Of a stretch of 64,000 bases of DNA, positions 1-10,905 are shown one piece after another. Origin of the DNA: Chloropicon primus (Eukaryota); assembly GCA_023205875.1 (NCBI GenBank), contig CP060759.1, positions 124,001 through 188,000 of the forward strand, written 5' to 3'. A program made the translations under genes and the position numbers. The first letter of the stretch is position 1. Each line of letters starts with the position of its first letter. A model generated the notes under the pieces. The model had not been told where the DNA came from. It did no database searches and saw only the letters and a program-made list of their open reading frames with translations.

Positions 1-664
1 CCTCGGCCTGGCTGTAGAGCTCCTTCATCTTCTCCTGGACCTTGGGATCTGATCGCACGAGGAGAGGCAAGTAGGCGTTCCTCAGCGCCCTGTTTCCGAA
101 GTTCCAGGCAGTCGCACCGGCGAAGACGAATAGGGCGTTGACCAGGTAGAGGGAGGAGCTCGACAAGCTGACGGGGATGGCGAAGCAAACGCCCCAGACG
201 CCCACGCAGAACGCCAAGGTCAGCCTTCTGTGGCTCCCAATGTCACCCATCGGCCCCAAGATCACCAGCAGAGCCCCAGAGGAGAACAAAACCAGGGCAG
301 AGACGTACGCTGCCACCGACGTGTAATCCATTCCTATTCCCGGCACCTTGGTGTCCAAAGGGAACCACTGGCAGTCATCCGTGATGTTGTCTGGCCTGCG
401 GAAGTCTGCGTCCGAGTGGACCGTCACGGGGGCAGCACAAAGGTCCCCATCGCTGGTGATGTGCCTCCACTCGATCACGCCCCCCTTTGAAGCCTCGTAT
501 TTTGCCTGCGTCACGACCAAAAGGGGCGCGAACACGATGATTGCCAGAGCTATGGGTCCGATCCCGAAGTCGTACATGTACCAAGCCCGGAGCTCCTCAT
601 CTTCAGGAAAGCAGCAGGCGCAGGACCCTCTGCAACTCCTCCTGTTTGACGATAGCGCGGCCAT
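1..664 (-). CDS. ATG22/UMF1-family MFS transporter, 5' part (runs off the window edge)
   Basis: Not in the ORF track. Manual translation from ATG at 664: MAALSSNRR...EELRAWYMYDFGIGPIALAIIVFAPLL...DYTSVAAYVSALVLFSSGALLVILGPMGDIGSHRR...NAYLPLLVRSDPKV. The 'AWYMYD', 'G-x-x-GD...RR' and 'NAYLP.L' segments plus several TM helices fit ATG22-like permeases. Confidence 0.65.
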   Translation of the reverse strand, partial: MAALSSNRRSCRGSCACCFPEDEELRAWYMYDFGIGPIALAIIVFAPLLVVTQAKYEASKGGVIEWRHITSDGDLCAAPVTVHSDADFRRPDNITDDCQWFPLDTKVPGIGMDYTSVAAYVSALVLFSSGALLVILGPMGDIGSHRRLTLAFCVGVWGVCFAIPVSLSSSSLYLVNALFVFAGATAWNFGNRALRNAYLPLLVRSDPKVQEKMKELYSQAE

Positions 665-1321
665 CCTTCCCAACCAGCCGGAGTTTCTCACACTCCCAGG
701 GTTTCCCGTCCCTTGGTTGCGCCTCTCAGACGCCAGCACCTCCTGGACAACAACTTCACTCAAGCCAACACCACTCAGCCGCTTGAAGAGAGAAACAACT
801 CAAGTTCTCAGCCCCTGATCGACCAATCGCTTCAAGTGCGTGCACAATCGAAAGAGGTGGAGACGAAGGTACGCGTCCCGTCCTCCCCTGCCCCTTTCCA
901 CGCCGTCCTCGTCGTCTCCTTCCCCTCCAAACTTCGTTCCCCTGGCTGGCCCTTGGCCCAAAACTCTCCAGAGTGTCCTCGGGATGAGCGCACCCCAACT
1001 CAAAAAAAGAGAAACTCACGAGAGAGGAGCGAGGGAGTGAGGGAGTGAGGGAGAGAGCGAGGGTGTTGACGACGAGGCGAGAGGAAGACGAGGTGTACTG
1101 ACTGGACAGGACGAAAGTACGTCTCGCGGGCTTTCGTTTGGTGCCTCGCTTGACTTGTTTGACGGGCGGAGTGAACGAGGAGAAACCTTTGGCGAAGGAG
1201 GCCAACTGGAGTTCTGGAGCCAAGGAAGGAGCGAGGGTGTTGGCGACGAGGCGGAAGGAAGAGGAGGTTGGGTTGAGGTATACTGACTGGAGTGGACCGG
1301 ACGGAAGCACGCCTCGCAGCC

Positions 1322-3142
1322 ATGGCGGACGTGAGCGAGGGGGAGATAGACGACTTTTTGGACGATGACTGGGGTGCGGGCATGAGCGGCGAAGAGGAAG
1401 AGGGGGGAGGGGAGGAGAGGCCGAGCGAGGGAGCGCCGGGGGAGGGGGCGGGGGAGGAGGAGGAGGAGCCTGAGGCGGCCAAGGTGGAGACCGAGGAGGC
1501 AGAGAACGTTGAGGCGGGAGCGGAAGAGGCGAAGGAAGCTGAGGAGGCTCCAGAGGGTGGTGCTGGTGGCGAAGCAGAGGCAGAAACAGAAACGAGGGAG
1601 GAGGAGATCGAACCTGTGGTGGAAGAGAAGGGTGCCGGGCTCAGCGAGATCGAACCTGTGGTGGAAGACGCGGCAGCCACGTTGCCCTCAGTTCCACAGA
1701 CTCTTTCCATGAGCAAGGCGGCGACGACCTCGAGCTTGCCTGAAGTTCCAGCTTGGAACGACGAGGACTCGGAAGAGGAGAGCAGTGGTTGGGGCGGTTG
1801 GGGGACTTTCGGTCAGGCCGTGTCTGCCGCGGGCTTCGGGTTCGGAGCGAGGCTGACCGAAGCTGCGAAGACCATGGCAAACGATCTCAGCGACATGAAA
1901 GACACCTTGGTGGAGGCCGCGAACGAGGCCAACCGGGAGGACGATAGAATCGGAGAGAAGTCGAAAGACACGGACTCGAGACCAGGCCTGCAGGCCGACG
2001 GCTTCGAGGCGAGGAGGGCAAAGTTTTTGGATGAAGTGGAGGAGAAGACTTCGAGGGATGTGGGAGATTTGAAGGTGGAGGAGCACATAAGCAGCTTCGC
2101 GACAGGCGCTGCGTCTTTCTTCGGTTCTGTTCTTGGTAGCGTTGGCACCGCCATGGAAGGCGGGGTGCAGAATGCGCAGAAGCTTGCATCTTCGGCCGCG
2201 AACGAGTTCCAGGAGACTCTGCAGCAAGGCGTCTCTGATGTCAAAATGGTCGCCAAGACGTCTGGGGCCGTTAAGGTGGCATCCACGGGCCTGAAGCTGG
2301 CAGCTGACCACACCATCAAGCTCGCGGAGATGAGCCTGGAGAAGGCAGGATCGACAGCAAAAGGTATTCTGGACATGACGGATGCGATCACGGGCGTCGA
2401 TACGACCCCAGGCGCCGGCGTGGAGGAGGAAGACCTGTCCTTCAGTCACTCCTTTTTCATCTATGGCGGCTCTGACCACATGGAAGAAATCGAAGGAATG
2501 AGCACCAAGTGCGGGAAAATTTGTCAGAACATCAAGGTGAAGCTCTCCGGCGAGAACAAGGTCGAGTACAAGCAGCTGATCGAGTCCCTCGGGGAGAGAT
2601 TCGACTTGACCTCGACCGAGTTGGAGGAGCAGTCTTTTGAGCCCCTGGGGTCGTATTCGGAGATCAGGAAGAGGGCCGAGGACTGCACCGCCCAAGTGGA
2701 AGGCTTCGTGAATCAGCAGATGAGCGATGCCGACCTGGCGGTGGAGCAGCAGCTGAAGATCATTCGAAACGAAGCTGTCCAGCAAATGGCGGAGCAGACG
2801 GCGTTTTCCGTGAGGCACCTTGTCGTCCTAAGCAGAAGCATTGCGGAGCCTCTTGGCCTGTTCGGTGACGAAGAGGACATTGAGTGGCCGGAAGATCCCG
2901 TCAACGTCGCCTCCGTGATTCGCTCGACGATCAAGGCGATTTCGAGTGACCTCCAAGGCCTCATGGACAGATTCGTGGAGGAGACTGGAAAGTTCTCAAA
3001 GGGCAACGAAGAGCTCAAGAAACCGGCCGAAGACTTTGCGAGAGAGCTCAAGAACGCGCACGAGAGTGCTATGGACAAAATCAGCGAGGCCTTGCGAGGC
3101 ATGTTATTTATTATCGCTGCGGCCCACTTCACAAGAGATTGA
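1322..3142 (+). CDS. FAM114/Noxp20-like protein with acidic low-complexity N-terminus
   Basis: First ATG at 1322 (MADVSEGEIDD). Contains 'GWGGWG' and 'LSFSHSFFIYGGSDHMEEIEGMS', which resemble FAM114 and its plant homologs. TGTAA follows the stop. Confidence 0.55.
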   Translation: MADVSEGEIDDFLDDDWGAGMSGEEEEGGGEERPSEGAPGEGAGEEEEEPEAAKVETEEAENVEAGAEEAKEAEEAPEGGAGGEAEAETETREEEIEPVVEEKGAGLSEIEPVVEDAAATLPSVPQTLSMSKAATTSSLPEVPAWNDEDSEEESSGWGGWGTFGQAVSAAGFGFGARLTEAAKTMANDLSDMKDTLVEAANEANREDDRIGEKSKDTDSRPGLQADGFEARRAKFLDEVEEKTSRDVGDLKVEEHISSFATGAASFFGSVLGSVGTAMEGGVQNAQKLASSAANEFQETLQQGVSDVKMVAKTSGAVKVASTGLKLAADHTIKLAEMSLEKAGSTAKGILDMTDAITGVDTTPGAGVEEEDLSFSHSFFIYGGSDHMEEIEGMSTKCGKICQNIKVKLSGENKVEYKQLIESLGERFDLTSTELEEQSFEPLGSYSEIRKRAEDCTAQVEGFVNQQMSDADLAVEQQLKIIRNEAVQQMAEQTAFSVRHLVVLSRSIAEPLGLFGDEEDIEWPEDPVNVASVIRSTIKAISSDLQGLMDRFVEETGKFSKGNEELKKPAEDFARELKNAHESAMDKISEALRGMLFIIAAAHFTRD

Positions 3143-3198
3143 AAGTTGTTTCGCATGTAATTTTATTTCCACTATACTTGTTGGTGTGAACCTTGGGT

Positions 3199-5925
3199 TT
3201 AAGGCGACAATTGTGAGGTGAGCGCGTGGATGTCCTTGATGAGGCTCGTCAGCATTTTCGCGCTTCCATCTTTGGCCTTCAGCTGAAGCTGCTGCTGTCT
3301 GATGTACTCCCTCAAGTTCTCCATCTCCTCAACTTCACTGGAGTGTGACGCTATTTGCGCCTTCATCGTGTCCAGCTCCTTCATCCTGCCCGCATCCTTC
3401 TTCAGTCTCTCATCCAGGCCTTGGATCTGCTCCTCCAGCTCAGAAACCGTGAGCTCGTATTTGGAGTTCGTCTCCTCGAGGTTGCTCGACTTGCTTTCGA
3501 GATCCTGCACCAGTGCCTCACTCTGGGAGAGCCTTAGCGTGAGCCTCTCGATCGTGCTCTCCTTCTCCTCGTTGTCCACTTTCAGTGCTTTGAGGTCGTC
3601 CTCAGAGTACTCGCCTCCTTTGCTGCTGGAATCCAAAAGCGTCTGAAGATTATCCACCTCAGCCTGCAGTTCAGTTTTGACCTCCTCTGCCGTTGTCTTG
3701 TGCAAGGCGTAGTCCGAATGCACCTGCATCAATTGAGACTTCAGCTTCTCTACTTGATCGCTGGAGTGCTTCAGTCGCACGAGCAAGCCGTTCATCTCCT
3801 TGACCTCCTTTTCCCTCTCTTGGAGCTCCCTGTCCAAGTTGTTGTTGTTCGCCTCCAACTTCTCTTGCATGGAAGCGCATGCAGATTCCAGCTCCACGTT
3901 CTTGTCGTGGGTTACCGACAAGTGCTTCTTGAGATCAGCAACTACGAGCAAGGCGCTCTCTAGCTCCTTGCCCTTCTCAACCCACGCCAGCTGCCTGTCC
4001 CCTGCCAGCTTTGTTTCGTCCTCCAGCAACTTCTGCAGCCTGTTCCTGTCTTGATTGCTCTCAAACAGCAGCTCGTGGCCCTTGTCCGCTTTTGCCTTTG
4101 CGTCAACAGCTTCAGAAGATTTTGATTCCAGCTGCTGCTCTAAATCCGCTATCTTCGCCTCCAAGCTTGCCCTGCTCGTGGATTCTGTGACCATAGATTC
4201 ATGGTCCGCGGTCACTTTTTCCAGTTGCTGCAAGAGCTCACCTTCCCTTTGCTCCAACGAGGCCAATCTCGCCTGCGACTCTTCCCTCTCGGCAGAGGAA
4301 TCTCCAGCCTCCGCTTCAAGCCTCGCATTTGCCTCTTCCATCTCTTGCAAGAGTCTCTGGAGGCTCGCAGCTTCGCTGTCAGCTCGCTCTGCGCTCAACG
4401 CCTCAGCCTCTGCCTGGTGGCGGAGCTCCTCCGCCGAGGATTGGAGCTCCTCTACCGAGGATTGGGCCTCCTCCAACTCGGATGATTTTGATTCGAGCTG
4501 CCTCTCCAATGCTTTGACCGTGGCCTGCAGAGAAGCCTCGCTGACCGAGGAGGAGCTCCTCATTTTCTCGATCTCGGTGCTCAAGGAATCGACTTTCTCC
4601 TGCAGTTCCGACTCCTTCTGCTCCAAGGACGACACCTGGAGCCTCGCCTCGTCTCCCGCCGAAGTTGCCGCTTCGAGCTTGTCTTTCATCTCCGCGACAC
4701 CGCCGAGCTGCCCTCGGAGGTCGGAGACTTCGCCCTCCAGACGCTGCGACTTTGACAGGTAGGATTCCGCTCGTTCGTCCAAGGCCCTCACTTCCTCTGC
4801 TTTCGCGTCAAGCTGCAGCTGGAGGTCCGCAATGGTTGCTTGCAAAACCTCTTTTGAGGCATCAGCGTCATCGCTGGACGTCTCCATCTGTTGCTGCAGA
4901 TCCGCCTCCCTCTGCTCCAGCGCCACGACTTTTGCCTGCGCCTCGTCTCTCTGCGCCACGATATCCTTCAGCTTGGCCCTCAGCTTCTCGATGTCGGCGA
5001 AGAGCTCGGCGAGTTTTTTGTTGGTGCTCTCTCTGATTTCCCGCACGCTCTCCGAGACTTCCTTCGAGGTGACAATCCTCTCTCGCAGGCTTTTGATCTC
5101 CTCGTCCTTCGCCTCCAGCCGAGCCATCAGGGTCTCGGACACGTCGAGGACGGCAAGCTCCGTCTGCTGCGACGAGCTCTCCAGAGCGGCGTCCAAGCAG
5201 CTCGCGACCTCCTCCAACGCTATGATGCCCTCGCTGGACTCGCTCTCCCTCTCTCTCGTCGCCATGGTAGCCACCGCGGTTGCGTGACCCGCCGCCTTGG
5301 CCGCCTCCGCTGCCGCCGCCGCCGCGGCGGACGACATGGACTGCACTCCCCCGGACCTCGCTTCGTCACCTGCCACGGCCTTGGCCTGGGTGGCTGTGGA
5401 GTCCGATCTCTTGCCGCTCGAGAAGAAATTCTGGACCTTGGGCGACGCCGACGACACGGCCGCGATGGCGGTGGCAACGAAGGCGAGGGGCCTCAAGCTG
5501 GACACCGCCGCGCCTCCGGTGCTCAGGTGGGCCACCGTGACGTTCTCCTTCCCCTTCCCCGCCCGTCGCTTCGACGACCGCCTCCTTTCGTCGGGGGTCC
5601 CGGCCGCCCTCGCTCGCGGCGCGAGTCCCGCCGAGCTCAGCACACACACCGACGTGCAGAGCGCCCTGACGGCCTCCCTCCTCGACGCCGACGAGGACAA
5701 GGACGAGGAGGAGGAGGGCGACTCCCCTTCGCGCCACTCCAGGATCCTCCTGGTCTCCTCCTGGTCGTCTCCCCTTGCTGCCACGACCCTTTTCCTCTCC
5801 GCCCCTCTGCCTGGGAGTCTTGGGTGCACGGTTAGCGGAGGCAGGGCGGCGGACCGCCCGCCCGCCTTCCCTCCTCTCCCTCCCTTCGCGCTCCTCGTCA
5901 CCACCTTGCCGCGCGCCATCGCCAT
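3199..5925 (-). CDS. Long coiled-coil protein with plastid transit-like N-terminus and a hydrophobic segment (MFP1-like architecture)
   Basis: 908-aa ORF with an R/S/A-rich N-terminus, 'SRREAVRAL...RARA' lumenal-type signal, hydrophobic PLAFVATAIAAV, then about 650 aa of heptad-rich E/K/L/S sequence. Confidence 0.6.
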   Translation of the reverse strand: MAMARGKVVTRSAKGGRGGKAGGRSAALPPLTVHPRLPGRGAERKRVVAARGDDQEETRRILEWREGESPSSSSSLSSSASRREAVRALCTSVCVLSSAGLAPRARAAGTPDERRRSSKRRAGKGKENVTVAHLSTGGAAVSSLRPLAFVATAIAAVSSASPKVQNFFSSGKRSDSTATQAKAVAGDEARSGGVQSMSSAAAAAAAEAAKAAGHATAVATMATRERESESSEGIIALEEVASCLDAALESSSQQTELAVLDVSETLMARLEAKDEEIKSLRERIVTSKEVSESVREIRESTNKKLAELFADIEKLRAKLKDIVAQRDEAQAKVVALEQREADLQQQMETSSDDADASKEVLQATIADLQLQLDAKAEEVRALDERAESYLSKSQRLEGEVSDLRGQLGGVAEMKDKLEAATSAGDEARLQVSSLEQKESELQEKVDSLSTEIEKMRSSSSVSEASLQATVKALERQLESKSSELEEAQSSVEELQSSAEELRHQAEAEALSAERADSEAASLQRLLQEMEEANARLEAEAGDSSAEREESQARLASLEQREGELLQQLEKVTADHESMVTESTSRASLEAKIADLEQQLESKSSEAVDAKAKADKGHELLFESNQDRNRLQKLLEDETKLAGDRQLAWVEKGKELESALLVVADLKKHLSVTHDKNVELESACASMQEKLEANNNNLDRELQEREKEVKEMNGLLVRLKHSSDQVEKLKSQLMQVHSDYALHKTTAEEVKTELQAEVDNLQTLLDSSSKGGEYSEDDLKALKVDNEEKESTIERLTLRLSQSEALVQDLESKSSNLEETNSKYELTVSELEEQIQGLDERLKKDAGRMKELDTMKAQIASHSSEVEEMENLREYIRQQQLQLKAKDGSAKMLTSLIKDIHALTSQLSP

Positions 5926-6111
5926 CTCCTCCTCTGAACGAACGTCAGCCAGTGAGAGCGGGAAAAGAAGATAATGAAGATGAGGTTTGGCGCGAAGGCG
6001 TCACATGATGGGGCGTGTGGAGTGGACTGGGTGTGTTTGGCAGAATTTTTTTTTTACGACCACGGGAACGGGGCTTTCATCGACCCGCCTTAGGCTTAAT
6101 CAGTTACACTT

Positions 6112-8658
6112 TTAATGCTTCTGCTTCTTCTGTTGCTGTTGCGACGACGACGCGTAACGGCTTTTGATGGCCTCGTTGAGCTTCATGTTGAAGGCAAAGC
6201 AGTCCAGCTCGCCGAGAACGTCTGGGTCCAAGGCCTCGACGGCGTTCAGGATGGACTGGAGCTGCTGGACGTCGTAGGTGTGGATGCGACTCTCGATGGT
6301 CCTCATCAAGCTGGAGCAGATTTCGGGCTTCATGCAGCCCAAAAACGAGAGGGAGCAGAGCAGCTTGCTGGAGTCGTAGCCAGAGAGGCTCTGCACCGTC
6401 TCCAGGAGGTCTCCCTCGTACCTCTCTGCCAGGACGGCTCCCCTGTTGAGCCCTCCCGTGCTCCGGACGCTCAGGGACCACACCACGTGGACGAAGGCCT
6501 CGGCGTGGAAGTTCCGGTCGAGGTGCCTCATGCTCGCCTCGTACATGGCCTGAAGGACCTCTGGCCGAATTTCCGTGGGCTGCTGCGTGAAGCCCCAGAG
6601 CGAGAGGGAGATGTCATGCAAGGAGAACTTCCTCTGCCTGGCCAAGCAAAAAGTCTGGAACTTGTACGCCAGCGCCGTCGGGATCCGGTACTTGAGCTTG
6701 CCGCAGCCCCACAGGAGGGTGGCCACGTCCTGCTCGCTGAAGGTGTCCAACTTGCTGTCCACCTTGTCGAACAAACTTTGCATGAGTGACTCGTAAGGGG
6801 TGTACCTGATCTGAGCGAAGCTCCACACCACGTTGGCGATGTTCTGAGGGGAAGCCTTGTGGATCGAGGCCCCAAAGTGCTTCTGGAACGACACCAAGTA
6901 GTCCTGGCTCGGCCTGTGGTTGAGCTTGATGAAAGACCACAACACGTTGGACATGCCCTGGCTGGAGAACTTGGCCATGCTCCGGGAGGAGACTTGCTCG
7001 ACCCGGGAGAGGAGGTCCCCGTCCACGGCTTTCCCGAGCCTGGCGCAGGACACCATGATGTTCGAGATGTTCTGAGAGTTGCACTCGCTGATGTGCAGCC
7101 TGAAATGATCCATGAGCTCCGCGTGCAGGTCGTTGGGGACGTCCAGCCTGAGGCGGCCGTAGGACCACATGATGTTCGCGAGGCACTGCATGTTCATCCC
7201 GGCGAGGTCCTTCCACACCATGTAGTAGTGGGCATCCGCAAACCTCTTGCTCGTGGGAAGCCTGAGCTTGGCGTACGCCCAGATCAGCAGCGACAGCGAC
7301 TGCGGCTTCATCTCCAAGAGCTCGAACTGGTTCTCCAGCCTCTTCAGGAAGGTGGCCTTGGGCTTGTGCCCGAGCTTCGCGAAGGACCACATGAGGAGAG
7401 CCATGTCCTTGGCGCTGAGCTGGTCGATCTTGCTGTTGACGGTGTTCTCCGCGTAGACGCTCGTGTGGACGCTCACCTTGTGCTTCGTCTTCACGCACCG
7501 GTAGATGAAGTCCGAGATCGCCTCGGTCGAGCACTTGGACATACACTGGAGGCACCTCACCTCGCACTTGGCGAGGAGGTCCGAGGACACCCTCACCCTC
7601 ATCAGGTGGAAGCATTTGAGCATGGTGTTCATGGACACCAAGTCGTACTGCCTGAGCGAGGACTTGAAGACGGCCAGCAAGGTCTTTCCCAAGGCCTTGT
7701 CGTTGCAGAGGCCGACCCTGGACAGGGACCAGGCGAACAGGGTCTGCTCCGACGGCTGCAGCGACTTGAGGCTGTCCGCCCCGTGAAACTTCTTGATCCC
7801 CTCGTACCACTCGTGGCACGTCAGCCGGTGCGACAGCTGCCCAAAGCCCCAGACGACCTGGACCATCTGAGGGGTCTCGAGGGCGCCGCCCGCGAGCTGC
7901 CTCAGGCAGTTCAGCTCCAGCCTCTCCAAGGATTTCTTCGACAGGAAAGACTTCCCGTTCGACTTTCCCAGGGCCCAGACCGCGCACACCAGCTCCTGCG
8001 GCCTCAGCTTCTCCAGCTGGGAGCTCTCCACCAGAGCCCGGACTCGGTCCGCCAGCGAGGGCTCGAGGCCCCAGTTCAGCTGAGCGAAGCCGCCGAGCAG
8101 GACGATGAGGTCCCTCCGGGAGAAATCCGCGCAGTGCTTCTCGACGAGGGACCGAAGCCTCTTCACGGCCTCCCCCGCGATCGCCACGAGGCTCTCCGCC
8201 TCCGCGTCGCTCGCCTCCTGCACGCCGCTCGTCCCCTGGAGCGTGGAGGAGAACTTCGCCAGCCACGCGATCGCCCTCGTCGTCGCGGTCGCGTCGAAGC
8301 TGCGCCAGTGGGTCTTCGCCACGTGGCACACCGCGTAGGCGTCAGGCGCCTCGGTGATCATCCTGTTGACCTCCTCGGCCTGCTTCCTCTTCTCTTGCTC
8401 CATCTTTTGAATGCTCTGCAGCTCCGCGCTGAAGTTCCTCTCCACCTCCTCCTCGAACAGTCCCACGGCCGCCAGGATGTTGTTCTCCTCCCCGTACGTC
8501 GACGACGGTGTCGACGAGTCCAGGAACCCCAGCGAAGACGATGACGTCACTTGCCTCGCCCTCCCCCCCGCCCCGCAGGCCAACCCCGCCCCGCGTCCTC
8601 TCGCCCCCTTCCCGTGCGCGGCCAGCAACCTCTGCGACCTTCCGCTCACGGACGCCAT
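6112..8658 (-). CDS. Octotricopeptide-repeat (OPR) organellar RNA-binding protein
   Basis: Likely start MASVSGRSQR at 8658. Tandem ~38-aa repeats such as FSSQGMSNVLWSFIKL, ASPQNIANVVWSFAQI and FSEQDVATLLWGCGKL. Transit-peptide-like N-terminus. No clear C-terminal RAP domain. Confidence 0.8.
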   Translation of the reverse strand: MASVSGRSQRLLAAHGKGARGRGAGLACGAGGRARQVTSSSSLGFLDSSTPSSTYGEENNILAAVGLFEEEVERNFSAELQSIQKMEQEKRKQAEEVNRMITEAPDAYAVCHVAKTHWRSFDATATTRAIAWLAKFSSTLQGTSGVQEASDAEAESLVAIAGEAVKRLRSLVEKHCADFSRRDLIVLLGGFAQLNWGLEPSLADRVRALVESSQLEKLRPQELVCAVWALGKSNGKSFLSKKSLERLELNCLRQLAGGALETPQMVQVVWGFGQLSHRLTCHEWYEGIKKFHGADSLKSLQPSEQTLFAWSLSRVGLCNDKALGKTLLAVFKSSLRQYDLVSMNTMLKCFHLMRVRVSSDLLAKCEVRCLQCMSKCSTEAISDFIYRCVKTKHKVSVHTSVYAENTVNSKIDQLSAKDMALLMWSFAKLGHKPKATFLKRLENQFELLEMKPQSLSLLIWAYAKLRLPTSKRFADAHYYMVWKDLAGMNMQCLANIMWSYGRLRLDVPNDLHAELMDHFRLHISECNSQNISNIMVSCARLGKAVDGDLLSRVEQVSSRSMAKFSSQGMSNVLWSFIKLNHRPSQDYLVSFQKHFGASIHKASPQNIANVVWSFAQIRYTPYESLMQSLFDKVDSKLDTFSEQDVATLLWGCGKLKYRIPTALAYKFQTFCLARQRKFSLHDISLSLWGFTQQPTEIRPEVLQAMYEASMRHLDRNFHAEAFVHVVWSLSVRSTGGLNRGAVLAERYEGDLLETVQSLSGYDSSKLLCSLSFLGCMKPEICSSLMRTIESRIHTYDVQQLQSILNAVEALDPDVLGELDCFAFNMKLNEAIKSRYASSSQQQQKKQKH

Positions 8659-9195
8659 CCCCTCAACCCTCCCGCACGCTCCCGCCCTCCTCACAACCAT
8701 CCTCCCTGGGCGCTCCACTCCCTTTCCCCCCACGTGAGGCTCACAAGGAGTTCGCCCGTTCCCGACCTTCCCGTGGACCAAATCCTTCGTTCGAAGGGTC
8801 TTCCGAAAGCTCAGACGACGAAGCTTCCGTAGACCTCACTCCCTGTTCACAACACCCGACCCTTCTACCGTCCAAGACCAACGAACATGACACAAGGTCC
8901 TCCCCTCGTCGTGGACTGACGACGACACAGTTGATATGATCCCCCAGATCTCCGCCAATCAAAATCCAGGTTATGTATGAGTGTAATACTGTACACGAAA
9001 AAAGGAGGAGAGGCGCGGAGGACGCGGGGAAGGTCAGGGATCGATCGCGGAGGACGAGGAGGATTGGGAGAGGGGGAGGAGGGGGTTGGGGTTGATCGAC
9101 GAGGGAGACACGTGTGGTCTCGTCCTCTCTTCTTCTTCTTCTTCTTCTTCTTCTTCTTCTCCTTTTTTCTTTTGCCCTTGGTTTCAGCTGCAAGG

Positions 9196-10812
9196 ATGAC
9201 CGGTCTCGCGAAGGAGGACGCGAAGAGCAAGAGGTACGACAGGCAGATCCGGATCTGGGGGAGAGATGGGCAGAGGAGACTGGAGACGGCGAGGGTTTGC
9301 CTCCTCGGCGCGGATGCGGACGGGGCGGAGGCGATGAAGAACCTCGTTCTGGGCGGGGTGGCGTCGTACACGATCGTGGACGGGGACGAGGTGAAGCCCT
9401 GGGATCTCGCGGATAACTTTCTTCTCGACAAGGAGAGCCTAGGCAAGTCCAAGGCGGAGTGCGTCAGCAGGCTGCTCCAGGAGTTCAGCGAGGAGGTGAG
9501 CGGGAAGTTCATCAACGAGCGGCCGGACCAGCTGATCGCGAGCGAGCCTGGTTTCTTCAAAGACTTCACGCTCGTCTTGGTCCACGGCCGGATCGGCCAC
9601 GAGGTCCTGGTCAGTCTCGAGAAGACCTGCCGCTCCCACGGGGTGAAGCTGATCTTCGGGAGGTCGTACGGCCTCTTTGGCATGGTCAGGATAAGCGCGG
9701 AGGAGCACGACGTGATCGAGTCGAAGCCGGAGAACGCCTTGCTCGACCTCCGAGTCAATCGGCCCTGGAAGGAGCTCGCGGAGTACGCCGGGAAGTTCGA
9801 CATGGAGTCCCTCGACGACATGACGTACAAGCACGTGCCGTTCGTGGTCCTTCTCCTCAAGGCCGCGGAGCTGTGGAAGCAGGGCCACCAGGGAGCCCTT
9901 CCCGCGGACAGGCAGCAGCAGAGGGAGTTCAAGCAGTTCGTCCGGGGTCTCCAGAGGTCGAAGGGCGAGGGCTTCGTGGACGAGGGGGACAACTTCAAGG
10001 AGGCCGTCGACAACGCCCACTACCTTTGGGGAGGGTCGTCCATCCCCTCGGAGCTGCTCGAGTACTTTGGAAGCAGCTCCTGCACCCCCACGGTGGACTC
10101 CTCGGACTTTTGGATCGTGATGGCCGCCGTCAAGGCTTTTGTGGACAACGGGGACGGGGCGCTGCCGCTTCCCGGGTCCATTCCGGACATGACTGCCACG
10201 ACGGACCTGTACTTGGACTTGAAGAGGCTGTACGAGAGGAAGGCCGACTCGGACGTGGCGAGGGTCGAAGCGAATGTGAAAGAGATTTTGGTGAGCCTCG
10301 CCCTGGACAAGAACCGCATCAGCACGGAGTATATCCGGCTGTTTTGCAAGAACACCAGCCACCTGAAAGTCATCAAGTACCCCACGATAGAGGAGGAGCG
10401 CCAGAGCATCACGGGAAGCAAGAGCACTTACCTCAAATCCTTGCTGTTGAGCGAGGACACCGCAGAGAACGCGTTTGTCTACATCCTCATGCACGCGTGC
10501 GATAAGTTTGAAGAAATCAACACGCAGCAGCCCGGCATTTTCGATTCGGAGCTCGAGGCGGACAAGGAGCGCCTGAAGGGCATTGTGAATTCCATCATGT
10601 CCGAGGCGGGCTTGCCCACGATACCGCTGTCCGAGGAGTACATACACGAGGTCTGCAGAATGGGTTCGGGGGGGATACACTCGGTGGAGGCCGTGGTCGG
10701 AGGAATTCTCGCCCAGGAAGCGATCAAGCTGATCACGAACCAGTTCGTTCCCCTGAAGGGCACCTTGGTGTACAATGCGATAAGGGGCACGACGCTGAAC
10801 CTAGGCATGTAG
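9196..10812 (+). CDS. AXR1: NEDD8/RUB-activating enzyme E1 regulatory subunit (APPBP1/NAE1)
   Basis: Motifs RYDRQIRIWG, EAMKNLVLGGV, HVPFVVLL, LPLPGSIPDMTATTDLY, GGILAQEAIKLITNQFVP. Confidence 0.95.
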   Translation: MTGLAKEDAKSKRYDRQIRIWGRDGQRRLETARVCLLGADADGAEAMKNLVLGGVASYTIVDGDEVKPWDLADNFLLDKESLGKSKAECVSRLLQEFSEEVSGKFINERPDQLIASEPGFFKDFTLVLVHGRIGHEVLVSLEKTCRSHGVKLIFGRSYGLFGMVRISAEEHDVIESKPENALLDLRVNRPWKELAEYAGKFDMESLDDMTYKHVPFVVLLLKAAELWKQGHQGALPADRQQQREFKQFVRGLQRSKGEGFVDEGDNFKEAVDNAHYLWGGSSIPSELLEYFGSSSCTPTVDSSDFWIVMAAVKAFVDNGDGALPLPGSIPDMTATTDLYLDLKRLYERKADSDVARVEANVKEILVSLALDKNRISTEYIRLFCKNTSHLKVIKYPTIEEERQSITGSKSTYLKSLLLSEDTAENAFVYILMHACDKFEEINTQQPGIFDSELEADKERLKGIVNSIMSEAGLPTIPLSEEYIHEVCRMGSGGIHSVEAVVGGILAQEAIKLITNQFVPLKGTLVYNAIRGTTLNLGM

Positions 10813-10905
10813 AGATCTTGGTTTGGTTTCAGCAGCGGCACACAATATTGTACAAATACAAAAATACACAAAAAGCAAACTAAGCTTTCTTTCTCTACCA
10901 GTAGT

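Noticed and set aside
6614..8544. Long overlapping ORFs (571 and 561 aa) across the OPR gene, and similar ones across AXR1, GT32 and kinesin
   Set aside because: GC-rich alternative-frame or antisense shadows (R/G/P- or L/V/H-rich) of well-supported genes.
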